Source of the DNA: Lentisphaerota bacterium
Lineage (GTDB): Bacteria; Verrucomicrobiota; Kiritimatiellia; Kiritimatiellales; Pontiellaceae
Length of the DNA: 64,000 nucleotides
Assembly: GCA_012729265.1 (NCBI GenBank)
Contig: JAAYDL010000060.1
Span: forward strand, 3,015 to 67,014
Reading direction: 5' to 3'
Shown: one piece after another, positions 58,700 to 64,000 of the stretch
Position numbering within the stretch: the stretch's first letter is position 1
Layout of the letters: each line of letters opens with the position of its first letter
Program-made: the position numbers and the translations under genes
Notes under the pieces: model-generated
Database searches by the model: none
Seen by the model: only the letters and a program-made list of their open reading frames with translations
What the model was told of the DNA's origin: nothing

Positions 58700-61600
58700 C
58701 TCGTTGCGCAGGCTGGACAGCGGATGGATGCGTAGGGCGATCTGGATGGCGATGCCCATGCAGGCCACGGCGCTGACGACGACAAGCAGCAACATCTGGA
58801 TCATAAGCGATGGCGAGACGGCGGTGTGCGACAGGAAAAGCGCCGGAACCATGGCGAACAGCGCAGCGATCCCGCCAATCCCCAGTCCGGCGGCGAGCAG
58901 GGTTCCATGCTCAATCCACAACAGGCGGCGGAGCGGCGGAGCGCGGTAGCCGACCGCCATCAGGAGCGCCAGCTCCGCGCGGCGGTCCTGGACGTTTCGC
59001 ATGACGACCACGCCGAGCCCGAGGCTGCCGACGGCGAGACCCAGTGCGCCGAGCACCAGAAACATGCCGAGGTAGGTGGATTCGACCGCGTAGAATTCGC
59101 GCAGCCGCTCCACGGAGGAAACCACGTCGAGACCGAGGCGCTCGTAGCTTGTCGTATCCGGGCGTTGGTCGAGCAGAAACATGCGGTAGCCGGATTCGGA
59201 GGGATAGCGTTCGGTAAAACCATGTTCGGCAATCAGCACCGTCCCCTGAAAGACCGAAAGCCGCATCGGGAGCGTGCCGACCAGCTTGACCTTGAACGGC
59301 TTCCCGTGGTCGTCGACATATTCGAGCACATCGCCCTTTTCCACCCCGGTCGTCGCCTCCAGACCCCACATCGCGGTATCGGAGTCGCCGACCAGTCCCG
59401 GCACCAGGCCGTCGGGCAGCGTCAGGTTGAGCCTTTGCCAGACGTCGTCGCCATCTACGAACGCCTTGCGGGCGGACATGGCGGACGGATCGACGCCCAG
59501 CAGCCGCGGCGACCGCGCCCGGTTGAGGTTGAGGCAGCTGGCGTCGTCGCCGTCGCGCACCCGCAGGTTGATTCCGTCGAGACCGTCCTTGATGGCTAGC
59601 GTCGACCGGCCGAACCAGGCAAAGCCGCCGGTGCCCGACCAAGGTTGATCGGCGTGGGCGGCGACGTCCTCCTGCATGGAGGAGACGGCCAACACCAGGA
59701 AGCAGCCCGACGCCATCAGCCCGATCACGGCGAGGCTTCTACCGCGCCGTCGCCCTGCATTGCGCCGGGCGAGGATGCCCATCGACCAGCGGGCGTCTTC
59801 GCGGCTGAACCTGCGCAACGGGATCGAGCAAGCGCCGATCCCCGCCGCCAGCAGCAAGGCCCCGGCGCCAAAGAACCACATGGCCAGATTACGTCCTTCG
59901 GCGACGAGGGAATAGGCCACCACTGCAATGGAGGAGAGAAAAAGGGCGCCCGAAACGAAACCGGTCATGCGCGTTTTCCGCCGGTCCGGGCCAAGGGTTG
60001 AATGGAACTCTTCTACAAAGTCCGCTTGCAGCAGTTCCCGGGCGGAGCGCCGGGTCTGCCGCCGCGCCATGCCGACCATGGCGAGCACCGCGCAGACGAA
60101 CGCGGAGACCGCGCCGATGAAAAGCGTTGGCGGCTGCGCGAAATAGTGGATCGAGGTATTGGCCACGGCGCCGCCCCACCCATGCGCCAAGCCAAGGATC
60201 AGGAGCTTGGTGTAGCCCACGCCGAGAAACGCCCCGGCCACGGAGCCGATCAGCGCAACGGTTCCGCCCTCCATGAGCAGCAGTCTTTGTATCGTCCGCG
60301 GCCGCCAGCCGACCGCCAGCAGGATGCCCATCTCTTCCGCGCGGCGCTGGATGCCGAAGACGAAGACCAGAGCCGTCAGCAGCAGTGCCGATAGAATCAG
60401 GAAAAAGCTCATGCCGAGAAACAGCTCGCCAAAATCCATGGCCTGATGGACCGCTTCGAGCGCCTGCTCGCGCACCGGCTGGAATTGAAACCCGGCGGCG
60501 TCCGGCCGGTAGGCGGCGCGGAACGCGTCCCCCACCCCTTCGCCGTTTGTCCAGCGCACCGAGGTCAGCGCGCCAAAGCGGTTGGACCACATCGATTGCC
60601 CGGCGGCCAGCGATATGATCGCCTTCGGGGTTTGGCGGTAATCGTTCCAGTACGCTTCGTTGGCTTCGTCCTCCAGCGCGGTATCGTCCATCGGAATGCC
60701 GACATCCCAGTCGGCGCAGCGATCGACATCCGTCAGGCCGGGAAATGGCGGGGCAAGGAACCGCTCCCGCTCGAGATCTTCCATTTCCACAATTTGCCGT
60801 ACGCGGAAAACGCGTTCCCGCTCCTCGAACTGCCCGGAGGGGAGCAGTTCGTAATAGCGCATCCGGATGGCGTCGCCCGCTACGGCATCCAGCTCGTCGG
60901 CCAGCCAGCGGTTGATCATGATCTCGTCGTCGGCCAGATTGTCGCGGTCCATCGCCAGCACGAAGGAGTAGGGCGTCGAACGGTCGTCCTTCGAAAGCGA
61001 GTTGACGAGATAGGTCAGCGTTCCGGCGGCGACGGGGATCGACAGCGCCGCGCGCTCCGCTTCGGGATCGAGATAGATGCCGTCCGTTTCGAGCTGGGTG
61101 GTTGCGCCGTCCTGCACGAACCGGAATCCAAAATCTTCCGGCGTCCACGCCTGTGCGAAAGCCGTTGACGGATCGTCCGTGCCCGTCACGAGCAGGTTAC
61201 CGAGTCCGACGCGTCCGGTACGCTCCTGCAGCCACGCGAGGTTCACGAACGCATTGAACGGCGCTGTCTGGCTGGGCGACAGGCCGAACCGTCCCAGCTC
61301 GTCGTCGCCGAGGATGCGCTTGACCGTAAACCGCCCGCGCACCGATCGCTCGGCGTCCTGCGCGGAAAGCGGTGCGTCGAGCGGTAGCAGCCCCGGATTC
61401 TCGATGCGCAGCGATACCTCTTCGCCGACTTCGACCCGCAATGCATCCGCCAGTCGTTGATTGATCGCGATGTCGCCCGCATTCAGATTGAGCGTGAGAC
61501 CGGCAAAGTTCCAGAAGGCCGAGTCGCAGCCATAGACCTGCACCTGGTTGATCTGTCCTTCGTCCGTCAGCGCCATGCCGCGCAACTGCAGCAAGGTGAT

Positions 61601-61834
61601 TGCCTCCGGCGAGATCCGTCCGGCCAGCGAATCCGAAAAGGTGCGATGCGGCAGCTGCATCGCGTAATGGATGCCGCCGAGCCGCTGGAGCGCAAAGCGC
61701 CGCAGCGTGCCGTCCACGGAATCGCCCACCAGCAGGGATCCGGTCAGCACCGCCGAGGCCAGCGCCGTCGCCAGCAGCACGCCGAGATGGATCCGCCAAT
61801 AATGGCGAAGGCTGGAGAGTAGCATCCGAATCAT
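58697..61834 (-). CDS. ABC transporter permease (FtsX/MacB-like, duplicated halves)
   Basis: ALASAVLTGSLLVGDS, RRAEEMGILLAVGW, RRAELALLMAVGY, multiple TM segments. Confidence 0.88.
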   Translation of the reverse strand: MIRMLLSSLRHYWRIHLGVLLATALASAVLTGSLLVGDSVDGTLRRFALQRLGGIHYAMQLPHRTFSDSLAGRISPEAITLLQLRGMALTDEGQINQVQVYGCDSAFWNFAGLTLNLNAGDIAINQRLADALRVEVGEEVSLRIENPGLLPLDAPLSAQDAERSVRGRFTVKRILGDDELGRFGLSPSQTAPFNAFVNLAWLQERTGRVGLGNLLVTGTDDPSTAFAQAWTPEDFGFRFVQDGATTQLETDGIYLDPEAERAALSIPVAAGTLTYLVNSLSKDDRSTPYSFVLAMDRDNLADDEIMINRWLADELDAVAGDAIRMRYYELLPSGQFEERERVFRVRQIVEMEDLERERFLAPPFPGLTDVDRCADWDVGIPMDDTALEDEANEAYWNDYRQTPKAIISLAAGQSMWSNRFGALTSVRWTNGEGVGDAFRAAYRPDAAGFQFQPVREQALEAVHQAMDFGELFLGMSFFLILSALLLTALVFVFGIQRRAEEMGILLAVGWRPRTIQRLLLMEGGTVALIGSVAGAFLGVGYTKLLILGLAHGWGGAVANTSIHYFAQPPTLFIGAVSAFVCAVLAMVGMARRQTRRSARELLQADFVEEFHSTLGPDRRKTRMTGFVSGALFLSSIAVVAYSLVAEGRNLAMWFFGAGALLLAAGIGACSIPLRRFSREDARWSMGILARRNAGRRRGRSLAVIGLMASGCFLVLAVSSMQEDVAAHADQPWSGTGGFAWFGRSTLAIKDGLDGINLRVRDGDDASCLNLNRARSPRLLGVDPSAMSARKAFVDGDDVWQRLNLTLPDGLVPGLVGDSDTAMWGLEATTGVEKGDVLEYVDDHGKPFKVKLVGTLPMRLSVFQGTVLIAEHGFTERYPSESGYRMFLLDQRPDTTSYERLGLDVVSSVERLREFYAVESTYLGMFLVLGALGLAVGSLGLGVVVMRNVQDRRAELALLMAVGYRAPPLRRLLWIEHGTLLAAGLGIGGIAALFAMVPALFLSHTAVSPSLMIQMLLLVVVSAVACMGIAIQIALRIHPLSSLRNE

Positions 61835-62493
61835 TTCAGCAGTCCGTTTTCCAGGGTCGCGACTCGGTCCAGTTGTTCCGCCAGCCGCACGGAGTGCGTT
61901 ACCATCACGAGCGAAAGGTTTTCCTCGCGGTTCAGTTCAAGCAACAGCGCCATGAGGCCGTCGGCGGCTTCGCGGTTTAGGGCGCCGGTCGGCTCGTCGG
62001 CCAGCAGCAGGCGGGGCTGGTTGATCAGGGCGCGGACCACCGCCACCCGCTGGCGCTCGCCGCCGGAGAGCTGGCCGGGCCGATAGGCCAAACGATGCGA
62101 CAGCCCCACGCGCTCCAACAGACGCAGCGCCCGTTCGCGGAGATCTTTCTTTCCGGGATTCGCCAGCGCGGGCACCATCGCATTTTCCAGCACGGAGCAT
62201 TGCGGCAGCAGATGGTGGAGCTGGAAGACAAAGCCCACCCGCTCGTTGCGGAACGCGGCGGCGTCCTTTTCGGAAAGCGTCACGATATCCGTTCCCTCGA
62301 ACAGGATTCGGCCCGCGTCGGGCTTGTCCATCGCGCCGATCAGGTTGAGCAGGGTGCTCTTGCCGCAGCCGGACGCGCCGACGATCGCGATGCGCTCGCC
62401 CGCCGCCACGTCCAGATTGACTCCCCGCAGCACCTCCGTCTCCGCGCCATAGCGCTTGGTCACGTTTTCGAGTTTCAGCAATTGCTCGCTCAT
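61831..62493 (-). CDS. ABC transporter ATP-binding protein (LolD/MacB-like)
   Basis: GASGCGKST, LSGGERQR, LLLADEPTG, VMVTH. Confidence 0.95.
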   Translation of the reverse strand: MSEQLLKLENVTKRYGAETEVLRGVNLDVAAGERIAIVGASGCGKSTLLNLIGAMDKPDAGRILFEGTDIVTLSEKDAAAFRNERVGFVFQLHHLLPQCSVLENAMVPALANPGKKDLRERALRLLERVGLSHRLAYRPGQLSGGERQRVAVVRALINQPRLLLADEPTGALNREAADGLMALLLELNREENLSLVMVTHSVRLAEQLDRVATLENGLLK

Positions 62494-62742
62494 GTTTCGA
62501 TCCTTCAGGTTTGTTTGGGGACGGCTCTGCAACTATTCCGGCCCGTTGGCTGTTTCATGGTTCGCTAGTCTCCAAAAGGGGTTGATTTAAAACGCGGGAG
62601 CGATTCTACGTTCTCGCGATGCGTTGTGCGAGGAAAAGAACTCATCAGGATTACTCCTTGTCGCGAAAAGCCAGGTACGTTCCTGTTTGATCCGTGCTCT
62701 TGGGTATGGAACTATCGTCCAGCGGTTTGGAGTGTAGCCACC

Positions 62743-64000
62743 ATGATAATATTGAAACACATTGTACGATCGGCATTTATGTGCACGCTGGCGCTGAGTC
62801 CATTTTCAGCTTTGGCGCAGGTGCGGATCAGCGAATTCATGGCGTCGAATTCGAAGACTCTGGCCGATGAAGACGGCGCGTATGTCGACTGGATCGAATT
62901 GCAGAATACCTCTCCCGTGACAGTTGATCTATGCGATTGGGCACTCACCGACAATCAATACGATCTCTCGAAATGGAAATTTCCATCGACCAATATGCCG
63001 CCGGGAGGATTCCTTGTTGTATTCGCGTCGGACAAGGATCGCCGAATACCCGGAGAACCGCTGCACACCAGTTTCAAGCTGGATGCCGATGGCGAATATC
63101 TCGCGCTGGTCGATCCCTCCGGAAATACTATCTGCACGGAATTTGCACCGGCCTATCCATCCCAGGTTCCCGATGTGTCTTTTGGTTTTGCTTCATCGGC
63201 AACCAATGGAACGCCGGGTTTCACCGATACGGCCCTCTATTTCACACACCCAACGCCCGGTGAAGAAAATATGGAAGGGGCCTTGCTGCCCGGCCCCGGC
63301 ATCGCCGATGTGGTCCATATGCCGAATGTACCGCTCGACAACGACGATATCCTTGTAACGGCGAAGGTATTTCCCACCGCCCATCCCGTTTCGCAGGTCG
63401 TGCTCCATTACAGGGTCATGTTTGAAGGGGAAGTTGCCGTGAGCATGGTTGACGATGGAGCGCATGGCGACGGGGCTCCGGACGACGGGATTTATGGCGC
63501 CACCATCCCCGCGAGTACGGCAACGATCGGCCAGATGGTGCGCTATTACATCACGGCAGAGGATACGAATGATACGACAGCGCGTTTGCCGGTGTTTACC
63601 GACCCCGCCTCCACTGCCGAATACTATGGCACGGTTATCGATCCCGGTTATGTTGACAGCGGTCTTCCGGTGGTCCATCTGTTTGCACCGCCTTCGGTGC
63701 TTCAGCCCGGACCGACCACGACGCAGACCGGGGCCGATTCCGATGCCGGCGGTCGAATCTCGCTCTATTTCGATGGCGAGTTCTATGACAACGTGCTCAT
63801 GTTCCTGCGGGGCAACACGACGGCCGTCTATAATAAAAAATCGCACCGCATCCGCTTCAATACGGAACATACCTTCCGCCACAACGAAGGGGGCGGGCGA
63901 CTCAAGAACACCTCGTTCGTGGCGGACTATTCCGACCCAACCTACATGCGACAGGGCTTGAGCTATTGGTTGTGCAATGAGATTGGTGCGCCAGGACCAT
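62743..64000 (+). CDS. Secreted lamin-tail domain/CotH kinase protein, 5' part; runs off the right edge, not in the ORF track
   Basis: Manual translation: MIILKHIVRSAFMCTLALSPFSALAQVRISEFMASN...DWIELQN...KWKFP...FLVVFAS...FKLDADGEYLAL; near the window end RQGLSYWLCNEIGAPGP (CotH N-terminal pattern). Confidence 0.85.
   Translation, partial: MIILKHIVRSAFMCTLALSPFSALAQVRISEFMASNSKTLADEDGAYVDWIELQNTSPVTVDLCDWALTDNQYDLSKWKFPSTNMPPGGFLVVFASDKDRRIPGEPLHTSFKLDADGEYLALVDPSGNTICTEFAPAYPSQVPDVSFGFASSATNGTPGFTDTALYFTHPTPGEENMEGALLPGPGIADVVHMPNVPLDNDDILVTAKVFPTAHPVSQVVLHYRVMFEGEVAVSMVDDGAHGDGAPDDGIYGATIPASTATIGQMVRYYITAEDTNDTTARLPVFTDPASTAEYYGTVIDPGYVDSGLPVVHLFAPPSVLQPGPTTTQTGADSDAGGRISLYFDGEFYDNVLMFLRGNTTAVYNKKSHRIRFNTEHTFRHNEGGGRLKNTSFVADYSDPTYMRQGLSYWLCNEIGAPGP

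Noticed and set aside
58826-61822. Multiple overlapping 100-420 aa ORFs within the ABC permease region
   Set aside because: Alternative-frame artefacts of high-GC sequence.

Overview
Chromosomal window from a moderately GC-rich bacterium. Gene content (giant lamin-tail/CotH proteins, large FtsX-type permease, GxxExxY/four-helix-bundle-type short repeats) suggests the PVC superphylum, Kiritimatiellota/Verrucomicrobiota-like; this is inference. The housekeeping backbone is bioF-bioH, mscS, acyl-CoA ligase, osmC, rimO, lon, leuS, prc, pgi, aroB-dprA-topA-xerC-tRNA-Arg and an ABC transporter. Three defence-type islands interrupt it. (1) 1-4527: an hsdR/hsdS chimeric stub, a SIR2-like NADase, a translationally coupled 988-aa helical protein without a P-loop, and a HipA-like kinase running off the left edge (absent from the ORF track). 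(2) About 36030-42290: a type IIG RM fusion, a HEPN (RxxxxH) protein, a membrane-anchored protein and three stacked 5' gene stumps. (3) 49731-58493: a type I RM operon next to tRNA-Arg, with DUF1016 and four-helix-bundle inserts. Best candidates for new biology: the SIR2 + helical partner + kinase operon, and a family of 7/9-mer-periodic inverted repeats found both as empty hairpins at stop codons and as split arms enclosing single accessory genes. Also notable: a LolA-like/serpin fusion next to lon and a TopA with three unfamiliar C-terminal repeats. All family assignments come from motif recognition by eye, with no database searches.
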